Assembly: GCA_038062975.1 (NCBI GenBank)
Contig: JBBTWC010000001.1
Coordinates: forward strand, 1-43,075
Direction of reading: 5' to 3'
DNA from: Patescibacteria group bacterium
Lineage (GTDB): Bacteria; Patescibacteriota; Minisyncoccia; Moranbacterales; UBA1568
DNA length: 43,075 nt
Every line of letters begins with the position of its first letter. Positions within the stretch are counted from its first letter, which is position 1. The translations under genes were made by a program, and so were the position numbers. Below, in pieces: positions 18,629 through 28,259 of this stretch. A model generated the notes under the pieces. The model was not told where the DNA came from. It was given only the letters and a program-made list of their open reading frames with translations, and did no database searches.

Positions 18629-19405
18629 ATGGAACAGCCGTATCTTTCGGTCATTATTCCGTCGTATAAAGAAGGGGAGCGTATTGGACGTAACCTCTTG
18701 GAAATAGATAAATATCTCAAGGCGAAGAGCTATACATACGAGATTCTTGTTATTGTTGACGGATCTCCTGATAATACTGCTGAAATTGCGCGGAACTATG
18801 CGCTTCAGGTTCCGGGTCTTCGGGTTATTGAAAATCCTGAAAATCATGGAAAGGGCTATGTAGTACGACAAGGACTCCTTGAGGCTGCAGGAAAGTATCG
18901 AGTATTTCTTGATGCTGATGGCTCTACCTCGATTACTCATCTCGACACCTTCCTTCCGCAGTTGGAAGAGGGTTACGATGTCGTTATTGGATCTCGAGAT
19001 ATAGAGGGATCATTTATTCAGGTACATCAACCCAAGCACCGAGAAATCATGGGAGATATGGGAAATTGGCTTATCCGAATCGTTCTCGGTCTCTGGAGTT
19101 ATCCTGATACACAGTGTGGATTCAAGGCACTCTCAGGAGTAGCGGCGAAAGAAGTTGCGAGTCGTATGGTTGTTGATCGTTTTGGATTTGATTTTGAATT
19201 GATTGCTCTTGCTCAGAAACTTGGCTTTAAGGTAAAGCAGATGCCTGTGCGATGGATTAATGAAGAAGGATCAACAGTGGGACTTACCGGACCTAATGGT
19301 TTCTTTCAGGTTATTATCGATCTGTTTAAAACAAAGGGGCGTTTCCTCGCGGGAGCCTATCATATACGAGAGTATACAAAGGGCCACCCAAAGAATGCGA
19401 AGTAG
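18629..19405 (+). CDS. GT2 polyprenyl-phosphate glycosyltransferase (ALG5/DPM1-like)
   Basis: SVIIPSYKE, VDGSPD.T, NHGKG, DADGS, GSR, DTQCGFK, FGFDFE. Confidence 0.92.
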   Translation: MEQPYLSVIIPSYKEGERIGRNLLEIDKYLKAKSYTYEILVIVDGSPDNTAEIARNYALQVPGLRVIENPENHGKGYVVRQGLLEAAGKYRVFLDADGSTSITHLDTFLPQLEEGYDVVIGSRDIEGSFIQVHQPKHREIMGDMGNWLIRIVLGLWSYPDTQCGFKALSGVAAKEVASRMVVDRFGFDFELIALAQKLGFKVKQMPVRWINEEGSTVGLTGPNGFFQVIIDLFKTKGRFLAGAYHIREYTKGHPKNAK

Positions 19406-19440
19406 GATCCCTGGAGTGTATTGAAAAAAAATCAAAAAAA

Positions 19441-20469
19441 ATGTCGGAGAGCGCAGAAAACAAAAAAACAGCTTCTTACGAATCTGAATTACGTCAGGAT
19501 ATAGTAACCGGAGACTGGGTGGTTATTGCTACTGGTCGCGCGAAGCGCCCGGATGATTTTGCGTCTTCGGATCGCGCTTCAATAGATTCGAGTAATGATC
19601 CGTTTGAAAATCCAGAGGAAAGTGGCCAAGAAAAAGATGTTCTTATCTATCGACGTGATGATGGAGACTGGAGTTTGCGTGTCATTCCAAATAAATTTCC
19701 TGCTTTTACGAGGGGGCGAGCAGTAAAAGATCTTTCAAAGGGTCCATACTTCGCTATGAGTGGGGTTGGGTATCATGAAGTGGTTATTACGCGTGACAAA
19801 GAGCGTTCACTGGCACTTTTGGAAACCTGGCAAGTCGCTGAAGTGCTCGATGCCTACCATGAACGCTACTTGGCTCTTATGAATAAGAAGAGTGTAAATT
19901 ATATTCAGGTATTTCATAATCACGGAAAGGAATCAGGTTCCTCTATACAGCATCCTCATTCGCAGTTGATGGCTATTCCTGTTATTTCACCGTATGTTTC
20001 TTTAGGGCTTGTTGGCTCAGAGCAGTATTACAAAGCACATCAACAAAATGTTTTCGATGTTTTAGTGGAATACGAGACTGAACAAAAAGAACGTTTGGTA
20101 TATGAAAATGAACACTTCGTAGTATTTTGCCCGTACGCTTCTCGAGCTGCTTTTGAGATGTGGGTTGTTGGGAAACGTCATAACCCATACTTTGAACGCA
20201 TTACTGACGATGAGAAATTTGCCTGCGCCGAGGCGTTGAAGCAGGCTCTTGCTTTGCTCTATAAGGGATTGAATAACCCTGCTTATAATTTTTATATCAA
20301 TACCGCTCCATGCGACGGGAAAGATTACCCTCATTATCAGTGGCATATTGAAATTGTGCCTCGTATGAGTACATGGGGAGGTCTTGAGCTCGCTACCGGT
20401 ATAGAGGTGTCCACTATTCAGCCAGAAAAGGCTGCTGAATATCTGCGTTCTGTGCTTCCAAACGACTAA
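19441..20469 (+). CDS. galT: GalT-family hexose-1-phosphate nucleotidyltransferase (HIT superfamily)
   Basis: ELRQD..TGDWV...RAKRP, PNKFPA, GYHEV, NHG..SGSS..HPHSQ, G.ELATG. Confidence 0.88.
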   Translation: MSESAENKKTASYESELRQDIVTGDWVVIATGRAKRPDDFASSDRASIDSSNDPFENPEESGQEKDVLIYRRDDGDWSLRVIPNKFPAFTRGRAVKDLSKGPYFAMSGVGYHEVVITRDKERSLALLETWQVAEVLDAYHERYLALMNKKSVNYIQVFHNHGKESGSSIQHPHSQLMAIPVISPYVSLGLVGSEQYYKAHQQNVFDVLVEYETEQKERLVYENEHFVVFCPYASRAAFEMWVVGKRHNPYFERITDDEKFACAEALKQALALLYKGLNNPAYNFYINTAPCDGKDYPHYQWHIEIVPRMSTWGGLELATGIEVSTIQPEKAAEYLRSVLPND

Positions 20470-20480
20470 GGATTTTCTCT

Positions 20481-21260
20481 ATGCGCACGTTTCTGTTTGT
20501 CGGGAATCTGAAAATGAACCTGCTGTCTCAGGATGAAGCAGAGCAGTATCTCTCTGTCTTAAAGCGTGAGATGCAAGGGAAGACATTTGAGAACACCTTG
20601 GGAATTCTTTGTCCGCCAGCAGTCTATCTTCATTTATTTGAATCACTTCCTTCTGGTATTGTTTCGGGTGCTCAAAATGCAAGCTTTGAAAAAAATGGTC
20701 CCTACACAGGAGAAATTTCTCCGGTGATGTTGAAAAGTGACGGGATTGAATATGTGATCTTGGGACACAGTGAACGGCGAGTTCATTTTGGAGAAACTGA
20801 TGAGATGGTGAAAAGAAAAGTAGACGCTGCTTTGAAATATCTTCTTCAGCCTATTGTCTGCATTGGAGAAAGTGAAACCGAAAGAAAGAGACAAGAAACA
20901 GTTTCGGTTCTTGAAAAGCAGGTACGGAGCGTCTTTGCTGGACTCTCAAAATTACAAGCAGAAAAGATTATTCTGGCCTACGAACCCCGCTGGGCTATTG
21001 GTACTGATTTGTTGCCAACCACTACGGAGATTTTTGAGGTTCGGGTATTGCTTCGGAAAATACTAACAGAACTCTTTGATGGAGCTACGGCGGAACGGAT
21101 ACGTATTTTGTACGGAGGTTCCGTAAAAAGTGCTTTTCTTCATGCTGTATCTTTTGATGCTGAAATGGATGGTGTTCTTGTTGGACGAGAAAGTTTGTTT
21201 CCTTATGAAGTAGTGAAGATGATGAGTTTATTTGAGGAAAATGCTAAACAAGAAGTGTAA
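20481..21260 (+). CDS. tpiA: Triosephosphate isomerase (divergent)
   Basis: GNLKMN, GAQN, YTGEIS, GHSERR, AYEP.WAIGT, YGGSV. Confidence 0.93.
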   Translation: MRTFLFVGNLKMNLLSQDEAEQYLSVLKREMQGKTFENTLGILCPPAVYLHLFESLPSGIVSGAQNASFEKNGPYTGEISPVMLKSDGIEYVILGHSERRVHFGETDEMVKRKVDAALKYLLQPIVCIGESETERKRQETVSVLEKQVRSVFAGLSKLQAEKIILAYEPRWAIGTDLLPTTTEIFEVRVLLRKILTELFDGATAERIRILYGGSVKSAFLHAVSFDAEMDGVLVGRESLFPYEVVKMMSLFEENAKQEV

Positions 21261-21274
21261 AATAATCTGCGCGT

Positions 21275-22141
21275 ATGATTGTGAGTGTAAAGAAAATCTT
21301 GGAAGAAGCGAAGAAGGGCCACTATGCCGTGGGCGCTTTTAATACCGTAAATTTAGAAACGACTGCAGCTATCATTGAGGCAGCGGCTGAACTTCGTTCC
21401 CCGGTCATTGTACAGATGACCGAGAAGACTCTGGATTACGCTGGAGGAGAGGCTATCTTTGCTCTTATGAATGAGATAGCAAAATCGACCGGAAAAGATA
21501 TTCCTATCGGTTTTCATCTTGATCATGGCAAGACTTTAGAGGTAGTTGAAAAGGCTATTGGTCTTGGTCTCACATCGGTGATGTATGATGGCTCGCGAAA
21601 ATTGTATTCTGAGAATCTTGAGATTACAAAAATGATTGTGAAACTTGCGAATGAAAAAGGGGTCTGTGTGCAAGGAGAGCTTGGCAACGTCCCATATTTA
21701 GGTGAAATGCAGATGGAGACAGTGAAATGGGAGGAATACATGACTGATCCGAAGCAGGCAAAGGAATTTGTAGAAGAAACTGGTGTGGTGTCGCTTGCGG
21801 TAGCCATTGGAAACGCTCACGGATTTTTTCGAGAAAGAAGCGAACCAGATTTCGAGAGACTTTCGGCAATCTCTCAAGTAGTTTCAGTGCCACTTGTTTT
21901 GCATGGAGCATCGGACTGGGATGACGGCCGAGTACAAGAGGTAATAGACAGAGGTATTAGTTGTTTCAATGTTGATACTGCTATTCGGCTTGCTTTTTTG
22001 TCCGGACTTCGTGATGCGCTTTTATCAGAAGAGGAAACAGACTTGCGTAAAGTTTTAGGTCAGGCAAAGGATTATACAAAGAAACGAGTAAAGGAGAAAA
22101 TTATTGCATTTCGAAGTAATGAAAAAGCCAACTACTCATAA
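21275..22141 (+). CDS. fba: Class II fructose-bisphosphate aldolase
   Basis: YAVGAFN, HLDHG, SVMYDGS, GELG, GNAHG, LVLHG. Confidence 0.92.
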   Translation: MIVSVKKILEEAKKGHYAVGAFNTVNLETTAAIIEAAAELRSPVIVQMTEKTLDYAGGEAIFALMNEIAKSTGKDIPIGFHLDHGKTLEVVEKAIGLGLTSVMYDGSRKLYSENLEITKMIVKLANEKGVCVQGELGNVPYLGEMQMETVKWEEYMTDPKQAKEFVEETGVVSLAVAIGNAHGFFRERSEPDFERLSAISQVVSVPLVLHGASDWDDGRVQEVIDRGISCFNVDTAIRLAFLSGLRDALLSEEETDLRKVLGQAKDYTKKRVKEKIIAFRSNEKANYS

Positions 22142-22151
22142 TTATCGTGCT

Positions 22152-23153
22152 ATGAATAAAAAACGTATTGCTATCAATGGTTTTGGGAGAATTGGAAGAG
22201 CTGCTTTCAAGATTGCTTTGGAGAGAAGTGATGTCGAAGTAGTGGCTATTAATGATCTTACGGAGCCTGATATTCTGGCACATCTGCTTCAGTATGATAC
22301 AGCGTACGGGCATTACCGAAAGAAAGTAGTGGCTTCGGAGCATGCATTAGAAGTGGATGGTCAGGAATATGCAGTGTATGCAGAACCAGATCCCAAGAAG
22401 CTTCCTTGGGGAGAACTCAGGGTGGATGTGGTATTGGAATGTACGGGACGATTTACGGATAAAGTTTCTGCCGAGCAACATATTACTGCTGGGGCTGCTA
22501 AGGTGATTCTTTCGGCTCCTGCCAAAGGGGAGGATGGTTCGGTACCAACATTCCTTCGCGGAGTGAACGATGATGCATATGCGGATGAAAAGGTAATATC
22601 GAACGCGTCATGTACAACCAATTCGCTTGCACCGGTAGCGCAGGTATTACAAGAGGCTTTTGGCATTGAGAAGGCATTGATGACCACGATCCATTCCTAT
22701 ACGGCTGACCAGAATCTTCAAGATGGTCCTCATAAAGACTTGCGTCGGGCTCGGGCAGCAGCTCAGAATATCGTTCCAACAACGACAGGAGCTGCTATTG
22801 CTGTAACGCAAGTTATGCCTGAACTCACTGGTCTTTTTGATGGTATTTCAGTGCGCGTACCTACTATTGTTGTATCGCTTACTGACTTTACCTTTGTATT
22901 AAAAACGAAGGCAACGAAAGCTGATATTAATCAGGTTCTTGCAGATGCTTCCAAGACACCAAGGTACAAGGGGGTACTTGCTGTTACCGAAGAGCCACTG
23001 GTGTCTTCTGATTTTATTGGGAATCCGTACTCGAGTATCGTTGATCTTTCTATGACGAAGGTTATTGATGGAGATCTCGTAAAAGTGGTCGCGTGGTATG
23101 ATAATGAATGGGGATATTCCAATCGACTTGTTGAATTAGCAGTTAAAATATAG
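22152..23153 (+). CDS. gap: Type I glyceraldehyde-3-phosphate dehydrogenase
   Basis: INGFGRIGR, SNASCTTN, PTTTGAA, WYDNEWGYS. Start taken at ATG 22152. Confidence 0.98.
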   Translation: MNKKRIAINGFGRIGRAAFKIALERSDVEVVAINDLTEPDILAHLLQYDTAYGHYRKKVVASEHALEVDGQEYAVYAEPDPKKLPWGELRVDVVLECTGRFTDKVSAEQHITAGAAKVILSAPAKGEDGSVPTFLRGVNDDAYADEKVISNASCTTNSLAPVAQVLQEAFGIEKALMTTIHSYTADQNLQDGPHKDLRRARAAAQNIVPTTTGAAIAVTQVMPELTGLFDGISVRVPTIVVSLTDFTFVLKTKATKADINQVLADASKTPRYKGVLAVTEEPLVSSDFIGNPYSSIVDLSMTKVIDGDLVKVVAWYDNEWGYSNRLVELAVKI

Positions 23154-23168
23154 TTTTCAGAGGAGGTT

Positions 23169-24206
23169 ATGGCAAAAACAAACAAAGACGAAGAGGTGTC
23201 ATCAAACGCTCGTCTTCAAGAGATCGGAGAGATGCGTTTTGGGACACTTTCAGATGAACAAATACTTTCTTTGCTCGTTGAGCGCAAAAGGCTGTTTGAG
23301 TTGGAGACAGAAAAACAGAAGAAAGAGGAGCAAGATGCTCTGTTTCAGAGTAAGAAGAAGGAGCTTCTTGAAAAGATTGAAGTTTTGAATGCGGCTATTT
23401 CCCCGGATAAGGAAGATGAAGAATTACTTCATCTCGTTGAAGAACGAAAAAAATTGGAAGAAGAGCTTGATTCGCTAGAAGGCGTTTCTTCGGAAGAAGC
23501 AAAACCTGCGCCTGTTTTGAAAGAAGAAACAGTACCAGAATCTGTACCTGAGAAAGAGATGTCTCGTGTTCCAGAAGAAATAGTTTCTCAGGAAGAAGAA
23601 AAGAAAGAAGAATCGATACACGTTTCTGAGCCAGCTTCGGTAATAGAAGAAAAGAAAGAAGAGACAATAGTTTCTGATTTTGGAGGAGAGGGGAGGCTCT
23701 CAGATACTCTTGAGGAGAGCGGGGAGATGCAGCAGTATATCCATGAGCTGGAGGCGAATCGAGAATCTCTCGGAAGCTTTCTTCAGGGTGTTTCGGCTGT
23801 TGCAAAAAAGAATAGGAAGTTTATGGAGAGAGTTGCTGAAATAGACCCGGCCTATGCGATGCACTATGCTGATCCAAGCTTGAAAAAAGATGAAGGATTC
23901 AATGTCTTTGTTGCGAGTCGAAAAAATGATCGTAATTCTGGGAATGCGCTTGCAGAAATGCTCCCAGAAGCTCGTACGGGAAAGGTGGTACTCGCTGGGA
24001 CAAAACAAGATTATCGGAATGTGCGATTTCTCCTTCCAACTATGGCAGAGTACGATGAAGTTTTGCAGATAGCCAAGCAAGGAGCGTTAGAGAAAGTGGA
24101 TGAACTCAAAGAAGCGGCTGATGTGATGCTTCTCATACCAAAGATTCTCCAAAAAGACGGAGCCTTTATGAAAGAGGTAGAAAAAAAGGCAGGTCTAAAA
24201 AAATAA
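23169..24206 (+). CDS. Hypothetical protein with an acidic coiled-coil N-terminus and a helical-repeat (DUF4116-like) C-terminus
   Basis: 345-aa ORF that fills the gap between gap and the next gene; Glu/Lys-rich; C-terminal units such as MHYADPSLKKDE and LAEMLPEART. Confidence 0.75.
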   Translation: MAKTNKDEEVSSNARLQEIGEMRFGTLSDEQILSLLVERKRLFELETEKQKKEEQDALFQSKKKELLEKIEVLNAAISPDKEDEELLHLVEERKKLEEELDSLEGVSSEEAKPAPVLKEETVPESVPEKEMSRVPEEIVSQEEEKKEESIHVSEPASVIEEKKEETIVSDFGGEGRLSDTLEESGEMQQYIHELEANRESLGSFLQGVSAVAKKNRKFMERVAEIDPAYAMHYADPSLKKDEGFNVFVASRKNDRNSGNALAEMLPEARTGKVVLAGTKQDYRNVRFLLPTMAEYDEVLQIAKQGALEKVDELKEAADVMLLIPKILQKDGAFMKEVEKKAGLKK

Positions 24207-24225
24207 AACGAAAAGTGTAGCTTCG

Positions 24226-25815
24226 ATGTACGATATTCTCATAAAAAATGGAACCGTCATAGATGGAAGTGGCCGGCCGATGTATCGGGCGGACGTTGCC
24301 GTTTCTGATGCCGAGATAGTCGCTATCGGAGATCTCTCTGGTGCTCATGCAGAAAAAGTGATTGATGCAACGGATCAATATGTTGCTCCTGGATTTGTGG
24401 ATGTGAATAATCACTCTGATACTTATTGGCAGATTTTTGCTTGTCCTTCGCTTTCGAGTCTTCTGTATCAAGGGGTAACCACGATTATTGGCGGAAACTC
24501 AGGATCGTCTTTGGCACCACTGACTGATCCGGCCGATATTCGTTCTATTCAAAAGTGGACGGATGTTCAAAAAATTAATTTCAACTGGCTTTCCATGAAG
24601 GAGTTTTTGGAAGAGGTAGAGAAACGAAAACTTTCAGTGAATTTCGCTACACTTGTTGGACACGGCACGCTTCGGCGGGGATCTATGAAGGATGAGACTC
24701 GTACGATTACACCAGAAGAAATAGAGGTCATGCAGCGAATGCTGAAGCAGGCTTTGAAAGAAGGGGCTATCGGGCTTTCTACAGGACTTCGCTATACTCA
24801 TGCGAGAAGCGCTGGTACACGAGAGCTTTCTGTTTTGGTAGAGACAGCTCTTTCTCAAAAAGGAGTCTATGCAACCTATGTTCGTGATGAAGAAGAGGGT
24901 CTGGTGAAGTCAGTTGAGGAGGCTATTTTGGTTGCTAAAGAAACCGGCGCTCCGCTTCACATCTCGCATCTAAAAGCAGTAGGAAAATCAAATTGGCATT
25001 TGATGGATGAAGCCTTCAATCTTATTGAGACAGCAGCTTTAAACGGCATGCCGATTACCTTCGATGTGTACCCGTACACTACTACCGGCTCAGTATTGTA
25101 TACATTTCTTCCTGAATGGGTGACGCACGAAGGGCGAAAAATGATGCTTTCTCGACTTCGTGATCCGCAGATTCGGACGGCAGTGATACGGGATATGCGA
25201 CAGAAAGAAACAGACTATTCTGAAATTACGATTTCCGTTTCAACATTAGGAAAAATGCTTTCTCGACGAAAGATTTCTGAGATTGCTCTGGTGCAGGGGA
25301 AGAGTCCAGAGGAGACGATAATTGATTTCTTGTTGGCGAGTGATGGTCGGGCTATTATTTCTCTCGAGTCGCTTTCTGAAAAGAATATCATTAAGGCTAT
25401 TCATCATCCCTTTTCTATTATTTCAAGTAACGGAGTTGGATACACGAAGGAACACGGAGAATCTGGGGATTTAGTACATCCGAGGAGTTTTGGAACATTT
25501 CCGCGGGTATTTTCTGAGTATGTCCGAAGGCAAAAGGCTTTATCCTGGGAAGAAGCCGTGCACAAGATGAGCGGTAAGCCGGCCCGCAAGTTTCAGCTTG
25601 AAAAGAGGGGTTTCTTGCAGAAAGGGTACTTCGCTGATATAGTTGTTTTTCAACCAGACACGATTACGGATCGGGCTACAGCCGAAGACCCATATCAGTA
25701 TGCGACCGGTATTACCCATCTTTTTGTAAACGGTGTTTCGGTGATTGAAAATGCTACGGAAACAGGAAAACGCGCCGGCAGAGTACTGCGCCGAAAAAGC
25801 GGATGGCTCCAGTAA
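24226..25815 (+). CDS. N-acyl-D-amino-acid deacylase-like amidohydrolase with degenerate metal ligands
   Basis: YDILIKNGTVIDGSG, APGFVD, GVTT, GLSTGL.Y, HISHLK, DVYPY, HPR.FGTFPR, ADIVVF. Confidence 0.9.
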   Translation: MYDILIKNGTVIDGSGRPMYRADVAVSDAEIVAIGDLSGAHAEKVIDATDQYVAPGFVDVNNHSDTYWQIFACPSLSSLLYQGVTTIIGGNSGSSLAPLTDPADIRSIQKWTDVQKINFNWLSMKEFLEEVEKRKLSVNFATLVGHGTLRRGSMKDETRTITPEEIEVMQRMLKQALKEGAIGLSTGLRYTHARSAGTRELSVLVETALSQKGVYATYVRDEEEGLVKSVEEAILVAKETGAPLHISHLKAVGKSNWHLMDEAFNLIETAALNGMPITFDVYPYTTTGSVLYTFLPEWVTHEGRKMMLSRLRDPQIRTAVIRDMRQKETDYSEITISVSTLGKMLSRRKISEIALVQGKSPEETIIDFLLASDGRAIISLESLSEKNIIKAIHHPFSIISSNGVGYTKEHGESGDLVHPRSFGTFPRVFSEYVRRQKALSWEEAVHKMSGKPARKFQLEKRGFLQKGYFADIVVFQPDTITDRATAEDPYQYATGITHLFVNGVSVIENATETGKRAGRVLRRKSGWLQ

Positions 25816-25871
25816 TGGAGGACCCTGTTTCCTTTCGGTTTTTCTGATATTTCCATACGAGAGAAACGCTT

Positions 25872-27278
25872 ATGTATAGTGCATCTTTTTTCAAAGGAAA
25901 ACGTATTACAGTGTTTGGACTTGGCCTAAATATGGGCGGAGTCGGCACGGTTGCTTTTTTGGTGGAAAATGGCGCAAGAGAAGTTATTGTTACTGATATT
26001 AAAAAGCGCGATGAGCTGGGGCCTTCAATTGAAAAACTTGCGAAGTACAAGAATATAAAGTATGTCTTGGGACAGCATCGACCTGAAGATTTCACTCGGG
26101 TAGACATGGTTATCAAGAACCCGGTTATCCCGTGGAATAATGATTATATTAAATTGGCACAGAAGAGTAAGGTTCCAGTAGAAATGGACTCGAGTCTTTT
26201 TTTCGATCTTTGTAAAGCACCTATTATCGGTGTTACCGGGAGTAAAGGAAAGACGACGACAGCTTCACTTATTGCGCATATTTTGGAGTCGGCTGGACGA
26301 AAGGTAGTGCGAGTGGGTATTAGTCAGATTGGAGTACTCAGTACGCTTAGGAAGATTACTCCAGAAAGTGTTGTCGTATTTGAACTTTCCTCTTGGCGTC
26401 TTTCGGGTTTGTCGAGCGTGAAGAAGAGCCCAAAGATCGCGGTGTTGACGAATATTTATCCAGATCATTTAAATTACTATAAGACGCTTGCCTCATACAT
26501 GGAGGATAAGAAGAATATATTTCGTTTTCAGAAGAAGAATGATCTTGTCGTTGCGTCTTTCGATAATGCGCATGTTCGTGAAATGGTTCAAGATGCCCCA
26601 GGAGATATTGTCTTTGTTTCAGGGGAGGGACCACTGTCAGACGATGGGGTTTTTGCAGATGAAGGAATGCTTTTTGTGAGGCAAGACGGAAAAGAAAAGA
26701 TAGTCTTCCCGCTCGATAAGATGCCTCTTCGCGGAGAGCATAATATTTCTAATGTTCTTTCGGCCATCGCTGCCACTTTGGCATTTGGGTTGAAGTTGAA
26801 GGAAATTGCCAAAGGGGTAGAAACCTTTTCAGGAGTAACGCACCGTTTAGAGATGGTGCTGGAGAAAAAAGGAGTTCGCTTTTACAATGACTCTGCAGCT
26901 ACCATTCCCGAGGCTTCTATGGCAGCACTACGATCTTTTTCTGACCCAGTCATTCTGATTGCTGGAGGAAGTGATAAGCGTTTGGATTTTTCGGCTTTTG
27001 CAGAAGAGATTTTAGCGCACTCAAAGGGTCTGGTATTCTTGAAAGGCGAGGCTACCGAAAAACTTTTATCTCTTCTTCGTGAAATTACAAAAGCTGAGGG
27101 ACAGGAAAGAGATTTTCCAGTAGTAGAAACCATGGAGAAGGCGGTAGAACTTGCTTCGCGAGAGGCGGAAGCGGGAGATGTTGTTCTTCTTTCTCCTGGA
27201 GCTGCAAGTTTCGGTCTTTTTAAAAATGAATTTGATCGCGGAGAGCAGTTTAAACAAGCGGTGTTGTCTCTTCGTTAG
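25872..27278 (+). CDS. murD: UDP-N-acetylmuramoyl-L-alanine--D-glutamate ligase
   Basis: GVTGSKGKTTT, ELSSW.L, N..PDHL, HRLE, NDSAAT, ILIAGG.DK, LLSPGAASF...RG. Confidence 0.96.
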   Translation: MYSASFFKGKRITVFGLGLNMGGVGTVAFLVENGAREVIVTDIKKRDELGPSIEKLAKYKNIKYVLGQHRPEDFTRVDMVIKNPVIPWNNDYIKLAQKSKVPVEMDSSLFFDLCKAPIIGVTGSKGKTTTASLIAHILESAGRKVVRVGISQIGVLSTLRKITPESVVVFELSSWRLSGLSSVKKSPKIAVLTNIYPDHLNYYKTLASYMEDKKNIFRFQKKNDLVVASFDNAHVREMVQDAPGDIVFVSGEGPLSDDGVFADEGMLFVRQDGKEKIVFPLDKMPLRGEHNISNVLSAIAATLAFGLKLKEIAKGVETFSGVTHRLEMVLEKKGVRFYNDSAATIPEASMAALRSFSDPVILIAGGSDKRLDFSAFAEEILAHSKGLVFLKGEATEKLLSLLREITKAEGQERDFPVVETMEKAVELASREAEAGDVVLLSPGAASFGLFKNEFDRGEQFKQAVLSLR

Positions 27279-27307
27279 AGAGTCTTATATGTAATAGTTC
27301 TTATTCT

Positions 27308-28231
27308 ATGTACGATGTCATTATTATCGGAGGAGGTCCAGGAGGAATAGCTGCAGGAGTGTATACTGCACGCAAACAATTGAACACTCTTTTCTTAACA
27401 GAAAGTTTTGAAAGTCAGTCGACTGTTTCTGCTGGTATTGAAAACTGGATTGGAACAGAATCAGTTTCAGGATTTGATTTCGGACAGATGCTCGAAAAGC
27501 ATCTGCGCGCGCAGGAATCTATTGAAATTAAAACAGGAGTAAAAGCTACAGGGATTGAAGAGCGTCCAGATGGCGGATATGTTGTTCTTACAAGTACTGG
27601 AGAGCGTCATGAAACGAAAACGGTTATCATAGCTTCCGGTGGTCGTCATCGACACCTGGATGTTCCAGGAGAAGAAAAGTTTAAGGGAAAGGGAGTTGTG
27701 TATTGCTCTACCTGTGATTCTCCATTTTTCCGTGATAAAAAAGTAGTAGTAGTAGGTGGTGGCAATGCTGGTCTGGAGGCTGTTGAAGATCTCTTGCCGT
27801 ATGCCAAGGAAATTATTCTTTTGGTTCGTGGAGGCGAATTGAAAGGAGACCAGGTTACTCAAAATACGGTATTGGCTTCTGAAAAGGTGAGCGTTGTATA
27901 TTTTGGAGTTACCCAAGAGATTTTGGGTGAAGATAAAGTTACTGGGCTACGGTACACAGACGTGAATACGAATGAAGAGAAGACTATTGATTGCGATGGA
28001 GTGTTTGTGGAGATTGGTATGGTACCGAACACAGAACTCGTCAAAGGATTTTTGGATATTAACGAACGAGGAGAGCTCGTAGTAGATCCAAGAACAGCGG
28101 TTACGTCACGTCCAGGCATCTTTGCAACGGGTGATGTCACTGATTTGCCCTATCGTCAGAATAATATCTCCGCTGGTTTTGGTGTGGTTGCAGCGCTTTC
28201 TGCGTATGACTATATCCGCAAGGGAAGATAG
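27308..28231 (+). CDS. trxB: Thioredoxin reductase / AhpF-like FAD-dependent disulfide reductase
   Basis: IIGGGPGG, YCSTCD redox CxxC, VVGGGNAG, GVFVEIG, GIFA.GDV. Confidence 0.85.
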   Translation: MYDVIIIGGGPGGIAAGVYTARKQLNTLFLTESFESQSTVSAGIENWIGTESVSGFDFGQMLEKHLRAQESIEIKTGVKATGIEERPDGGYVVLTSTGERHETKTVIIASGGRHRHLDVPGEEKFKGKGVVYCSTCDSPFFRDKKVVVVGGGNAGLEAVEDLLPYAKEIILLVRGGELKGDQVTQNTVLASEKVSVVYFGVTQEILGEDKVTGLRYTDVNTNEEKTIDCDGVFVEIGMVPNTELVKGFLDINERGELVVDPRTAVTSRPGIFATGDVTDLPYRQNNISAGFGVVAALSAYDYIRKGR

Positions 28232-28259
28232 TCTCCAAAAAGGGGATTTTGGAGGGAAT

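Noticed and set aside
22104-22151. Extended gap start overlapping fba (likewise rplC 6443 and rpsQ 11144)
   Set aside because: Downstream ATGs match the family N-termini and avoid overlaps
23161-23168. AGGAGG before the 23169 ORF as a Shine-Dalgarno site
   Set aside because: Only 2 nt from the ATG, too close for canonical function
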